Part shown: positions 11,571 through 21,083 of the stretch, piece by piece | How positions within the stretch are numbered: position 1 is the stretch's first letter | How the letters are laid out: each line of letters opens with the position of its first letter | Source: an uncultured Bacteroidales bacterium | GTDB taxonomy: Bacteria; Bacteroidota; Bacteroidia; Bacteroidales; UBA3824 | Assembly: GCA_947168365.1 (NCBI GenBank) | Contig: CAMVLO010000009.1 | Span: forward strand, 11,141 to 75,140 | DNA length: 64,000 nucleotides | Reading direction: 5' to 3' | The notes under the pieces: generated by a model | Told to the model about the DNA's origin: nothing | Databases searched by the model: none | Seen by the model: only the letters and a program-made list of their open reading frames with translations | Translations under genes and position numbers: made by a program

Positions 11571-13028
11571 TTAATCACCGAATTGTATTTTGTCACCGCT
11601 CTTCAACCGGCTCTCCAATAATGATTTGTTGATTGTAAATTCGGTTTTGGAAAACTCCGGTACATTGTAACTGTACATCAAACTGCGATTGTAATCGGGA
11701 TGTTTTTGCGGCAAGAGAAATGCTTTGTCGGCGTTACCTTCTGAATTGATGTGAGCGATATATATTCGGGTGTACAATCCGTCGTCACGGCGCGACTCAT
11801 AGGCTATCCACTCTGAATTGTTTGACCATGTATGATAACTTTCTGCATCCGGACTGTTAGCCAAGGTAAGAGGATAGGTTTCTTTGGTCTTTAGATTGAG
11901 CATCCAAAGGTCGGCTTCCTTGTGCCAGATTGCAAATTGTCCGTAATTAAACTTTGTGAACAACAGGTATTTGCCATCGTAAGAGGGGCGCGGGAAAGCT
12001 GTTGTCATGGAATCGGATGATACTTTTACAAGCGTGTCAACGTTTTGAGAGAATTCTCGGTTTGTAGCATCAAAATCAATTCTACAGATGTCGTAATATA
12101 ATTTTTTAGTAAACAAGTTAGCATCCGTTGACTTGCAAGTGGTATAATACAACGAGTTGCCGTCAGGAGAAAACGACGGCTCGGTGGTAAATGTTGTGGT
12201 ATCATTTATCATATCATTGGTAAACAGTTTATTGTTGTCGATATCATATATTACAACACGGGATTGAGCGTCGTAAACTTCCACACGGTTGGGGTCGCCG
12301 GCATGAAATGACTGCATTGTATTGTTTTGCGAATATGCCACAAATTTTCCTGAGGGATGCCAATAAGGGTAGACACAGTTTAATTTGTATTTATCTGTAA
12401 CAGCACGATATACGCCAAAATCTCCACCGCTACGGATTACAGTGCTATTGAGGTCGCCACGAATATGCAACGAGCTGTACTGAGGATTTCCCGCGCAAAA
12501 GGAATGACAGTTGACGCAATTGGCATTTATCAAACGATTGTCAATCACTGTGTTTTGGTCGAAATTGGTAAGGTTGCGACAGTAGATACCCATTCTTGTA
12601 AAAATCTCGTAACCGGGTGCTATAAGTCGGTAACTAAGAAACGAATCTATCTCAGAATCAGCAATATTTATTGTAAAAGCCTTGTAGATGTATTTCTTGG
12701 AGTTTTTCACTTCTGACACTTTAATATTGATAGCGTTTCCGGCAGCAGAGGTTAGGATGTGTTTCCAGTCAGACTCCGGGATATCAATATACTTATCACC
12801 GTTATAAGAATACAAACTGCCGTCGGGTAATTGAATATCGGCAGAGATGTCTTGCAACGAATCGTATGACGATGTAGTGAAATTGAGCGGTGCGATGTTT
12901 TTCGGAATGGTAACATCGATATAATCGGGATACAAAGAAGGTTTGCTATCTACTTGAATTTCATTGTAATGAGCATCAGAACAAGCTGCAATTATAAAAA
13001 GTGTAAGTAAAAAACAAAAGGGTTTCAT
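11571..13028 (-). CDS. Lipoprotein with a CxxCH heme-binding motif and PD40/TolB-like beta-propeller repeats
   Basis: The ORF runs 11571-13094. The likely start is the ATG at 13026-13028, giving MKPFCFLLTLFIIAACSD (lipobox). CVNCH is encoded at 12504-12518. The PD40-like repeats are PSGKFVAYSQ, FSPDGNSLYYTT, PSYDGKYLLFT and SEWIAYESRRDDG. Confidence 0.75.
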   Translation of the reverse strand: MKPFCFLLTLFIIAACSDAHYNEIQVDSKPSLYPDYIDVTIPKNIAPLNFTTSSYDSLQDISADIQLPDGSLYSYNGDKYIDIPESDWKHILTSAAGNAINIKVSEVKNSKKYIYKAFTINIADSEIDSFLSYRLIAPGYEIFTRMGIYCRNLTNFDQNTVIDNRLINANCVNCHSFCAGNPQYSSLHIRGDLNSTVIRSGGDFGVYRAVTDKYKLNCVYPYWHPSGKFVAYSQNNTMQSFHAGDPNRVEVYDAQSRVVIYDIDNNKLFTNDMINDTTTFTTEPSFSPDGNSLYYTTCKSTDANLFTKKLYYDICRIDFDATNREFSQNVDTLVKVSSDSMTTAFPRPSYDGKYLLFTKFNYGQFAIWHKEADLWMLNLKTKETYPLTLANSPDAESYHTWSNNSEWIAYESRRDDGLYTRIYIAHINSEGNADKAFLLPQKHPDYNRSLMYSYNVPEFSKTEFTINKSLLESRLKSGDKIQFGD

Positions 13029-13436
13029 AATCAACGGATAATTTTGAGAGCACAATATTAGTGAGAAATTTTGACATGAACGAGTATTTATCAACCTTTT
13101 TTACAGAAAAACCACTATATTTGCCTGCCGTAAAAAAACGGAAACATGGAAACTACACGACGATTTCATTTAACACCGAATTTAACAAATGAAACAATTT
13201 TTAAATCACTACTAATAAATTAAAATTCAACAAGTTGAATTCTAATTTTACGAATAAAACAATTTTTTGCGGATTTGTTAAAAATTTGCCGACACTTGTA
13301 GCATTTGTTTGATGAAATTCATTGTAAAACATTTTGTTTAATTCGTTTTATTCAGTGAGATTTAAAAAAAATTGAAAGAGTCGTGAAGACCACAGCAATT
13401 TTCAATCAACAACGTAAAAACACAGAACAAACAGAA

Positions 13437-15149
13437 ATGAAAATAAATAAAAATCAATACCCGACAATATTAACCGGATTATTTGTAATCTTGAGTACAC
13501 TGTTTATCTACAATCCGATGTACGCGTATCAAGAAGGGTTACAGATATTTATGTTGACAACTGATTATTTGAAAGATACGATGTTGCGTCCGGGAGGTTT
13601 TAGTGATTATGTCGGGAGCTTCGTTTTACAGTTTTTCATGTATCCCGTACCTACTGTATTGATTCTTACGGCGATGATTTGCAGTTTGCAAATGATGTTG
13701 AATAAAGTATTTGTAAAAAACGGAGCTGATAATAATCAAGCCAAAATTTTGAGCGTAATAGCTGCGGGAGTTTTTTACATGCCGTTAACAGAAGTCAACA
13801 TCATTTTCAACGGTATTTTTGCGATATATTTATCAGTAGTGTTGTTAAGGCTTTCGTATATTACTGAGAATAAGATTATATTGAGTTTGTTGACAATTGC
13901 TGTATATTGGTTGACCGGCGGCTGGGGCACAGTAATATATATTGTGTCAACCACGATAAGATTCTTTGATACCAAGGTTTGGAAGTTGTTGATTGTAAAT
14001 TCGTTGATATTGGTTATCAGCAGTTTGTTAACAAAATACATAATGCAAGACGATAGCTTGAGAAACGTTTTTGAGGGAGTTGACTTCAACAGATTTCAAG
14101 ACAAACCTGCCGTTATTTGGTATGTTATGATTATGACATTTGTTATAATATTTGTAATATGCAAGCTGAAGTTTCTATTTTCTAACTTCAAAGTGAGTTA
14201 CGGGATATTGATAGTTGGTTTAGGATTGATATTGGGCTCGATGATAATGCGTTACGACAGCGAAAATATGTTGTTTTACAAGATAGACCGCATGGTAAGA
14301 TTGAAACAATGGGGCTTGATAATTTCAGAATGCGACAGCAGGGAAATTAGACATCCGCTTACGATGTGTTATTTGAATCTTGCTCTCAATGAGAAGGGAT
14401 TGCTGTTGAACAAGATGTTTAACTATAGTCAATCGGGGTCGGAAGGTCTTGCGTCATCAAAGATAGACAGTCAAAAGAAAATCATAGTAAACAGTGAGAT
14501 ATATTTCCGATTGGGCATGGCAAACACGGCAGAACGTCTTGCGATAGATGCGATGGAATGTTGCAACACGTTTCAAAAGAGCGGACGTCAATATAAACGA
14601 CTTGCAGAAGTTGCGATAATTCAGGGTAACAAACCCTTGGCAATACGCTATCTGAAAAAGTTAGAGTCAACTACATTCTATAGGAAATGGGCAATGAGAG
14701 CGGAAGAATATATTAAAAACCCGACGAAAGTAGAACCACTTAATGAATGGAAAATCAAACCGTTGGAATTTCAATATGATTTCTTTTTCAGTTCAGAAAA
14801 TACTACAGATTTGTTTTACTATATGTTGGCGAACAATCAAGACAATGCAAAACTAAATTGTTATTATATAGCCAATCTGTTGCTCAACAAGGATGTGGAA
14901 CGTCTGAACAAATTTTTAGGCGACAATTTTGATGAGTATCAACAGCTAACACACATCTACGAGTATAAGTATATACAAATAATGGAAGACAAATCGAACC
15001 AAGCAAAACAAGAGTTGAATAAAAATGATAATACAACTCTGAAATTCAAAGCTTTTCTCAATGGTATGACAAGTAAAGAATCAGACAAAGACAAGAAGTT
15101 GAAAGCGATGTTTGGCGATACTTATTGGTATTATTACTATTGCAGGTAA
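13437..15149 (+). CDS. Large polytopic membrane protein (about 9 TM) with a C-terminal helical-repeat domain; possibly DUF6057-like
   Basis: The ORF is open from GTG 13383, and ATG 13437 (MKINKNQYPTILTGLFVIL) looks like the better start. Hydrophobic segments run to about residue 290. A soluble, TPR-like helical region of about 300 aa follows. Confidence 0.7.
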   Translation: MKINKNQYPTILTGLFVILSTLFIYNPMYAYQEGLQIFMLTTDYLKDTMLRPGGFSDYVGSFVLQFFMYPVPTVLILTAMICSLQMMLNKVFVKNGADNNQAKILSVIAAGVFYMPLTEVNIIFNGIFAIYLSVVLLRLSYITENKIILSLLTIAVYWLTGGWGTVIYIVSTTIRFFDTKVWKLLIVNSLILVISSLLTKYIMQDDSLRNVFEGVDFNRFQDKPAVIWYVMIMTFVIIFVICKLKFLFSNFKVSYGILIVGLGLILGSMIMRYDSENMLFYKIDRMVRLKQWGLIISECDSREIRHPLTMCYLNLALNEKGLLLNKMFNYSQSGSEGLASSKIDSQKKIIVNSEIYFRLGMANTAERLAIDAMECCNTFQKSGRQYKRLAEVAIIQGNKPLAIRYLKKLESTTFYRKWAMRAEEYIKNPTKVEPLNEWKIKPLEFQYDFFFSSENTTDLFYYMLANNQDNAKLNCYYIANLLLNKDVERLNKFLGDNFDEYQQLTHIYEYKYIQIMEDKSNQAKQELNKNDNTTLKFKAFLNGMTSKESDKDKKLKAMFGDTYWYYYYCR

Positions 15150-15679
15150 TGAAGGAAATAAAACAGGCGTATGTTCAACAAAATTAGAACAAATTAATTT
15201 CAATCTACGATTAAAATTTTGGGAGACAACAACTTTCCTAACACCTCTACACCACGAGTAAGAGTATATGTATTAACATACGGCATTTCGACTTAAATAC
15301 ACATATCATATTTCCCTTCAGAATAATAGATATGTGTGGGATTTAACACGTCAGATGACTGTCCGTCTCTGAAATTCCACTAAATTTCTTCCGGCTGATA
15401 ATCACTATACAGAAAACTTACCTGACCACAATAAAAACTCTCATATTGAAAATTAGGGCAAAATCTTATATAATTGGGGAATAAATATAATAGGCGGAAT
15501 CAGTCTCAACATCGTTTTCCCACAAAAGTTCCTTTGACAAATGTGAGCGAGAGTCATCCGTCTTAACACAAAATTGTGTTCCTATTCCGCAAAAAAAGGA
15601 ATCACCAACTAACAATTCATGAATAAAAGACATCTCAATATCCAAATCATCAGCCAATTCACGCACACAACTAAATACA

Positions 15680-15719
15680 CAAAGCCATAGAAAGAAAAAA
15701 AATTCTCTCTATGGCTTTG
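15680..15719 (-). terminator. Terminator hairpin ending the ftsZ-siaB-like-siaC-like transcription unit
   Basis: A perfect 12-bp stem forms between CAAAGCCATAGA (15680-15691) and TCTATGGCTTTG (15708-15719), 54 nt downstream of the stop at 15773. Confidence 0.5.
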
Positions 15720-15772
15720 TATGTAATATTTCCGGAGCAAACGGTGTTGAAAAAAAAATATCAACAGCGAAT

Positions 15773-16150
15773 TTATTCATCAATTTCCACAAGTTCAAAC
15801 GGCACATTAACGAGTTTTTTGTAACGTGCGCCAAGTGTTCTCATGTCTTCGTCGATAGATTCGTAATACCAACGTACTTTCACATCACCCTTTTCAGCCA
15901 CTTTCTGGAGTAAAAGAATAATCTGAATAATTTGTTTACTCGACGCAGTGTTAACATATTCGAGGTCGAAATCGAACTGAGTCTGTACGTTAGGTTCTTC
16001 AGCATATTGTTTGATCCAATCCAAAACGGGTTTATAGAAATCCAAAGCGTTTTCAGGAACTGAAATCTTTGAGATTTTGAAAACACCGCCTTCCGGATCA
16101 AATATTATTTCTGGTGAATCTTCTGTTTCTTCTCTAAAAAATTTTTCCAT
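15773..16150 (-). CDS. DUF1987 / SiaC-family regulatory phosphoprotein-like protein
   Basis: The 125-aa ORF contains PEIIFDPEGGVFKISKISVPENALDFYKPVLDWIKQY, FDLEYVNTASSKQIIQIILLLQK and VRWYYESIDEDM. This matches the DUF1987 pattern as I remember it. It starts 9 nt after the upstream gene. Confidence 0.8.
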   Translation of the reverse strand: MEKFFREETEDSPEIIFDPEGGVFKISKISVPENALDFYKPVLDWIKQYAEEPNVQTQFDFDLEYVNTASSKQIIQIILLLQKVAEKGDVKVRWYYESIDEDMRTLGARYKKLVNVPFELVEIDE

Positions 16151-16159
16151 ACTATTAGT

Positions 16160-17308
16160 TTATTTCTTCTTGTTTTTAACAGTGGTTTGCAAAAGATAAA
16201 ATTGTTCTTTGTCGTTGATTGGCTGGAACTCGTATTTAAGCGGCCTGTCGCTCTTGATTCTAAGATCAGAGAAACCCAAACCAGTTTTCTTAGCGTCAGC
16301 AGTATCAAAGTCGAGAAGGATATCATCGTAATAGTCAGAAAGTTCGTCTTTGCTCATGCCGTTAACGAATTCGAGACGATCGGTGATAACTTGCTTAGCT
16401 TCGTTAGGAATAATATTTCCTGAAGTAAGAATAGTTTCGTTGTCTTTCTGACCGAGGAAGAACACTCCTGAAGTACCGGCTGAATCGGCAGTACGGATAC
16501 CGTGTTTGATAATATTCTGAAGCATTTCCACCATTACGTTTGAAATCTTGATGGTGGTGAGCGGCATATTCATTCTTGACTTGATGATTGCGAGCAAACT
16601 CAAGAGGTTTTCCTGATTGAAGAAGCCGTTGAAATACAACAAAATATTTTCAGTGTTCATCTGTTGGTGCAGTTCTTTTACGCTTTCCAACGAACTATGT
16701 TTTCCATTACAGTTGACATCGCCGTATGTAGAATCAGTAGGTATCAAAGTCTGAAGATAGAAATATGTATACTGATCGTTAAGATGTTCAAAACTATAAA
16801 GCAATTTGTTGCCCGACTTTCTTGACATCTCAATCAAACCCAAACCGGCACCACCTTTGTCAGAAATATTACCGTTAGAAAGAATCTCACGGTGAAATTT
16901 CTTGAGTTCTTCGGGAGAAAGCGAGTTGATTACGTCAAGTTTGGATTTTAGACTATCGATTTTGTCGTTGGCAACGATATTACCGGTAGAGATAAAATAC
17001 TTATCGCCATTTTTTTGAATAGCGAATATGCCAGGATATTCTTCAAATTCTTTGTCGTTGGCAATTTCTTCCTGATGGTGGGTGATGTTTTGTAAACCTT
17101 CCACCATGATGTAATAGATACGTTTCTGCAAAGTAGCTTGAGCTTGGTGAGTTACTTTAGCAATACTTGTATCAGCCAAGTAAAGAATTTTCTTGGTAAT
17201 GCTGTGATCGAAATAACCTCTGTAAACGTATTCAAAGTCGTTGTCGTTGATTCTTTGAAACAAAGGATATGCGATTTCAAAAAGATTTTGACCTGATTCC
17301 TGTGCCAT
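16160..17308 (-). CDS. Tandem-duplicated SiaB-like (DUF6272, GHKL-type) protein kinase
   Basis: The 382-aa ORF has two homologous halves. Half 1 has MVEGLQNITHH and KGGAGLGLIEMSRKSGNKLLYSFE. Half 2 has MVEMLQNIIKHG and KKTGLGFSDLRIKSDRPLKYEF, where the Gly-rich lid is degenerate. It starts 51 nt after the ftsZ stop. Confidence 0.75.
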   Translation of the reverse strand: MAQESGQNLFEIAYPLFQRINDNDFEYVYRGYFDHSITKKILYLADTSIAKVTHQAQATLQKRIYYIMVEGLQNITHHQEEIANDKEFEEYPGIFAIQKNGDKYFISTGNIVANDKIDSLKSKLDVINSLSPEELKKFHREILSNGNISDKGGAGLGLIEMSRKSGNKLLYSFEHLNDQYTYFYLQTLIPTDSTYGDVNCNGKHSSLESVKELHQQMNTENILLYFNGFFNQENLLSLLAIIKSRMNMPLTTIKISNVMVEMLQNIIKHGIRTADSAGTSGVFFLGQKDNETILTSGNIIPNEAKQVITDRLEFVNGMSKDELSDYYDDILLDFDTADAKKTGLGFSDLRIKSDRPLKYEFQPINDKEQFYLLQTTVKNKKK

Positions 17309-17359
17309 AGTTATCGTTTGTTATTAATATCCTACCATTATTGCAATAAAAATGCCAAT

Positions 17360-18817
17360 CTATTCCTCGTTTAAAGGGAATTTTTGATATTTAGCGTTAT
17401 TATAATTTCCGCCATTGAGTTTGATTCCCTTGCGAATATACGCCGGTGTATTCTCATATTCCTCAATGTTGCCGGTAGTAAGGTTGATTTTCTTGAATTG
17501 AGTTTCAGTAATAGTTGCGTGTGGCATTTCTTGCTGTTCTGATTGGTTGGTATCAACGTTTTGATCTTGCAAATCAGAATCGGCATCTGTATCAGAATCC
17601 AAATCGATGGTTTCGCCCACTTTTACAGTTGAACTGTCGTTCTTATCAACAAAATCAGAAGCATTTGCCGTTGATTTTACTTGAGAATCAGTTGTTTCAC
17701 TATTATCTGATTGTAGAACTTCAGTTTCGTCTGCATTCTGATTTTTTTTTGGAGTCTGATCAAGGAATTCCGATGTATTAACTTTGGGTTTGTAACCGCC
17801 GTGTTCATACGGATTCAAAATTTCCTGAGGATCGAAACCGGTTGCAATCAAAGTCACACAGATAGCCTCGCCGAGTGTCGGGTCAACAGAGTTACCCCAA
17901 ATAAGGTCGGCATTAGCACCGGCAGCAGACTGGATAAATTCGTTGAGGAAGGCAAGCTCGTTAAGTGTAGTCTGATTTTCACCTGATGACACGTTGACAA
18001 GGATGTTCTTAGAACCTTGGATGTTGTTGTTATTAAGCAACGGAGAGTTAAGAGCCTGCATGATAGCACGTTTAGCACGGTCTTCGCCTTCTGCTTTACC
18101 TGTACCCATCAAAGCCACGCCAGAGTTCTCCATTACCGTCTTCACATCGGCGAAATCGACGTTGACAGAACCTGTTACGGTGATAATCTCGGCAATACCT
18201 TTAGCCGCCATTGTCAAAACGTTGTCAGCGTTGGTAAATGCGTCTTGAATTGTCATCTCGCCGTACATCTCACGGATTTTCTCGTTGTCGATAACCAACA
18301 AAGAGTCAACATTATGCGATAATTCCTCAAGACCAGCAAGAGCTTGTTTTACACGTTTAGGACCTTCAAAACGGAAGGGAATTGTAACAATAGCAATTGT
18401 AAGAATTCCCATTTCTTTGGAAATCTTGGCAATTACCGGAGCAGCACCTGTACCGGTACCACCACCAAGTCCCGCCGTTACGAAAAGCATTTTTGTAGTA
18501 TCGTTGTCAACAAGATGATTTTTGATATCATCAATACTTTCAGTAGCAGCTTGTTTACCGTGTTCAGGATTGTTACCAGCGCCCAAACCCTGTGTAAGAG
18601 ATGCTCCAATCTGAATTTTTGTAGGAATAGGACTTGCAGCAAGAGCTTGATTGTCAGTATTAGCAATAATAAAGTCAACGTCTTTGATACCACATGCAAA
18701 CATGTGATTGACAGCGTTGCCACCGCCTCCACCTACACCCAAAACTTTTATGATATTGTTCTTTTTCTCAAAATTGAAGCCTAAAGTATCATCGGCCGCT
18801 GTATCTAAATCAATCAT
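17360..18817 (-). CDS. ftsZ: Cell division protein FtsZ
   Basis: The 485-aa ORF contains GVGGGGGNAVNHM and the tubulin signature GLGGGTGTGAAPVIA. It has a long low-complexity C-terminal linker. Confidence 0.97.
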   Translation of the reverse strand: MIDLDTAADDTLGFNFEKKNNIIKVLGVGGGGGNAVNHMFACGIKDVDFIIANTDNQALAASPIPTKIQIGASLTQGLGAGNNPEHGKQAATESIDDIKNHLVDNDTTKMLFVTAGLGGGTGTGAAPVIAKISKEMGILTIAIVTIPFRFEGPKRVKQALAGLEELSHNVDSLLVIDNEKIREMYGEMTIQDAFTNADNVLTMAAKGIAEIITVTGSVNVDFADVKTVMENSGVALMGTGKAEGEDRAKRAIMQALNSPLLNNNNIQGSKNILVNVSSGENQTTLNELAFLNEFIQSAAGANADLIWGNSVDPTLGEAICVTLIATGFDPQEILNPYEHGGYKPKVNTSEFLDQTPKKNQNADETEVLQSDNSETTDSQVKSTANASDFVDKNDSSTVKVGETIDLDSDTDADSDLQDQNVDTNQSEQQEMPHATITETQFKKINLTTGNIEEYENTPAYIRKGIKLNGGNYNNAKYQKFPLNEE

Positions 18818-18882
18818 GATGTTCTAAGTTTAGAGTCTGTTAAGTATTTTTCAAACTAAGTAAATATTATTGGTATAGATAA

Positions 18883-20232
18883 TTACATCTTGGTATCTTC
18901 CGGATCTTCCAAAAACTCAGACGCCCATTTCTTGAAACGATTGAAAAAACCGCTTTTCTTGGACTGAGTTTTAGTCTCTTGAGTTTTCTTACCCGTCTGA
19001 GGTTTGGCATTTCCGTTCAGATTGGTATTAACGGCAGCTTCAACTTTTTCGTTTTTAAGTTTTTCCTGCTGCTGTTTTACATACACTTCCAAATATTCAA
19101 AACCTTTTATCAACAAACCGGCAGCAGTAGAATACTGAGGGTTGAGAAAATCGGCAGTTGTTGGAATTATATTTTTAGGAGTTCCGATTCTAACATCCAT
19201 ACCAAGTCGGAATTTTACATATTGAGTAATGCTATTGAGCAAAGCACCACCACCTGTAATCACGATACCGGCAGAGAGTTTTTTAGAAAACCCTGCTTCA
19301 TCAAGTTGATATGCAATACCTCCCAAAATCTCATCGAATCTGGCATTAATAACATTAGCAAGATCTGTAAAAGAAACTTCTTTGGTATTTCGACCGTTGA
19401 TACCTTTCAGGGTAGCGATACGGTTAGAAAATTCAGACAACGACAAAGCAGAGCCGAACTGAACTTTCAATTGTTCTGCCTGACGAGCTAATATTGAAAA
19501 TGCTTGCTTGATATCGTTAGTAATAGAATTACCTCCAAAAGGTACAAAAGAAGTAGTTCTCAGTACTTTCTCTTGATATACAGCAATATCCGTAGTACCT
19601 GCACCAATATCAAACACCATAACACCGCCCTCTTTTTCATCATCGTCGAGAACGGCATCGGCGCTGGCTATTGGTTCAAGTATCACTTTTATAATATTGA
19701 GACCTGTAATATTGATGGCTTGACGCAAATTGGCAATAGAAGTAGCATCGCCCACAGCTACATAGAAAGTTCCTTCCAACTTCTTGCAGTTGCAACCGAC
19801 AGGATTGAGTCCGACGGAATGCCCGTCAACACTAAAATTCTGAGGAATCACGTGAATAATTTCTTCACCCGGTTCCTTGTTGATAGAATACACCTCTTGC
19901 GTAAGCTGATCAACATCAGCTTGAGTAATCAAGTTATTTACGATAAATTTAGAATGAGAGTATACCACACCTCTCACGTTTTGACCCGCAATTCCGACAA
20001 AAACATTCTTGAAATCCACATTGACAGCAGCTTTACATTTAGCAACAGCTTTGTTGATAGCAGCAGCAACATAACCAACGTTTTGAACCGAGCCATGGGT
20101 AACGCCATTAGATTCGGCTTCCCCATAACCAAGAACCGTGATTTTGCCTAATTCATCTTTTTTGCCGGCGATTGCAACTATTTTTGATGTTCCAATATCA
20201 ATCGCAGCAACAATTTGATTTGTCGTAGTCAT
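18883..20232 (-). CDS. ftsA: Cell division protein FtsA
   Basis: The 449-aa ORF has the actin-like motifs AIDIGTSKIVAIAG, DIGAGTTDIAV and ITGGGALL. Confidence 0.95.
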   Translation of the reverse strand: MTTTNQIVAAIDIGTSKIVAIAGKKDELGKITVLGYGEAESNGVTHGSVQNVGYVAAAINKAVAKCKAAVNVDFKNVFVGIAGQNVRGVVYSHSKFIVNNLITQADVDQLTQEVYSINKEPGEEIIHVIPQNFSVDGHSVGLNPVGCNCKKLEGTFYVAVGDATSIANLRQAINITGLNIIKVILEPIASADAVLDDDEKEGGVMVFDIGAGTTDIAVYQEKVLRTTSFVPFGGNSITNDIKQAFSILARQAEQLKVQFGSALSLSEFSNRIATLKGINGRNTKEVSFTDLANVINARFDEILGGIAYQLDEAGFSKKLSAGIVITGGGALLNSITQYVKFRLGMDVRIGTPKNIIPTTADFLNPQYSTAAGLLIKGFEYLEVYVKQQQEKLKNEKVEAAVNTNLNGNAKPQTGKKTQETKTQSKKSGFFNRFKKWASEFLEDPEDTKM

Positions 20233-20269
20233 GCCAATTACCTTTTGAAAATTCTAATTGTTTCTTATA

Positions 20270-21058
20270 TCAAAAACGCTTGCAGACGATTTGATTTTTG
20301 TATTTTACAGATATGAGTTTGTATGTATTCCAACCGGTTTTTCTCATACCTTGAAAATAAAACTCTTTGAGAATATACATCTTACGATCGTAATCCTCGA
20401 TAGTACCCAACGCAAGAATCTGAGGTCCAAGCATCGGAACGAGTTCATACTCACCCAAATTGTTTACATAAATCTGTTCAATCTGGTCACGCCAGAAATC
20501 ATCTTTCTGTATTAATTGTGCCAATTTAAACAAATCGGCTGTAGTCTTATTTTTTTTTTCAGTTAAATCAACTTTGTAAATCTGACCTTTTGAAAAGTCA
20601 AATTTTTCTTTGATATTTCCGTTGGCAACTATCACCAACGACGAATACCTGTCGGATGTCGGGAAAATCATGCCGTCGCTGTCGATATAATATTCCTGCC
20701 CTTCACGATTGATAATCATAAGTACAGGATATCGCTGAACAACATCAACTTTCAGTTTTCCTGATATCGTTTTGTATATTGAAGCATGTCTTATAAACGG
20801 ATGCGATGTAAGCCTCTGTTCTATAAGATTGATGTTAATACTATCAAGAGCGTGACCAAGTACATCATCGGGCTGATCCTGATAAACAAGGTCAAGAACC
20901 ATATTCTGGTCGATGAACTTTGTCTCAGAAGAATCGATAATACTAATATCAATGGAAGTACAAAGTGTTGTGTGAAATTTGCTCATGGTCATGTACATAA
21001 CCACCATCAACAAAATCACCAACGCGATTTTCCATACTTTACGCTTCGATATTTTCAT
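20270..21058 (-). CDS. ftsQ: Cell division protein FtsQ
   Basis: The 262-aa ORF has a single N-terminal TM and lies between murC and ftsA, with a POTRA-like region. Confidence 0.8.
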   Translation of the reverse strand: MKISKRKVWKIALVILLMVVMYMTMSKFHTTLCTSIDISIIDSSETKFIDQNMVLDLVYQDQPDDVLGHALDSININLIEQRLTSHPFIRHASIYKTISGKLKVDVVQRYPVLMIINREGQEYYIDSDGMIFPTSDRYSSLVIVANGNIKEKFDFSKGQIYKVDLTEKKNKTTADLFKLAQLIQKDDFWRDQIEQIYVNNLGEYELVPMLGPQILALGTIEDYDRKMYILKEFYFQGMRKTGWNTYKLISVKYKNQIVCKRF

Positions 21059-21083
21059 TCTTCAAGTTTTACCAAACGATATA

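Noticed and set aside
15466-15666. 66-aa minus-strand ORF (GTG start) downstream of the SiaC-like gene
   Set aside because: It has a non-ATG start immediately after a terminator hairpin and no recognisable family, so it is not called as a gene. It is kept only as part of the low-interest note on this gap.
17371-18784. Multiple 60-146-aa ORFs on both strands overlapping ftsZ
   Set aside because: They are alternative frames of a gene with unmistakable FtsZ motifs, and their sequences are repetitive or biased.
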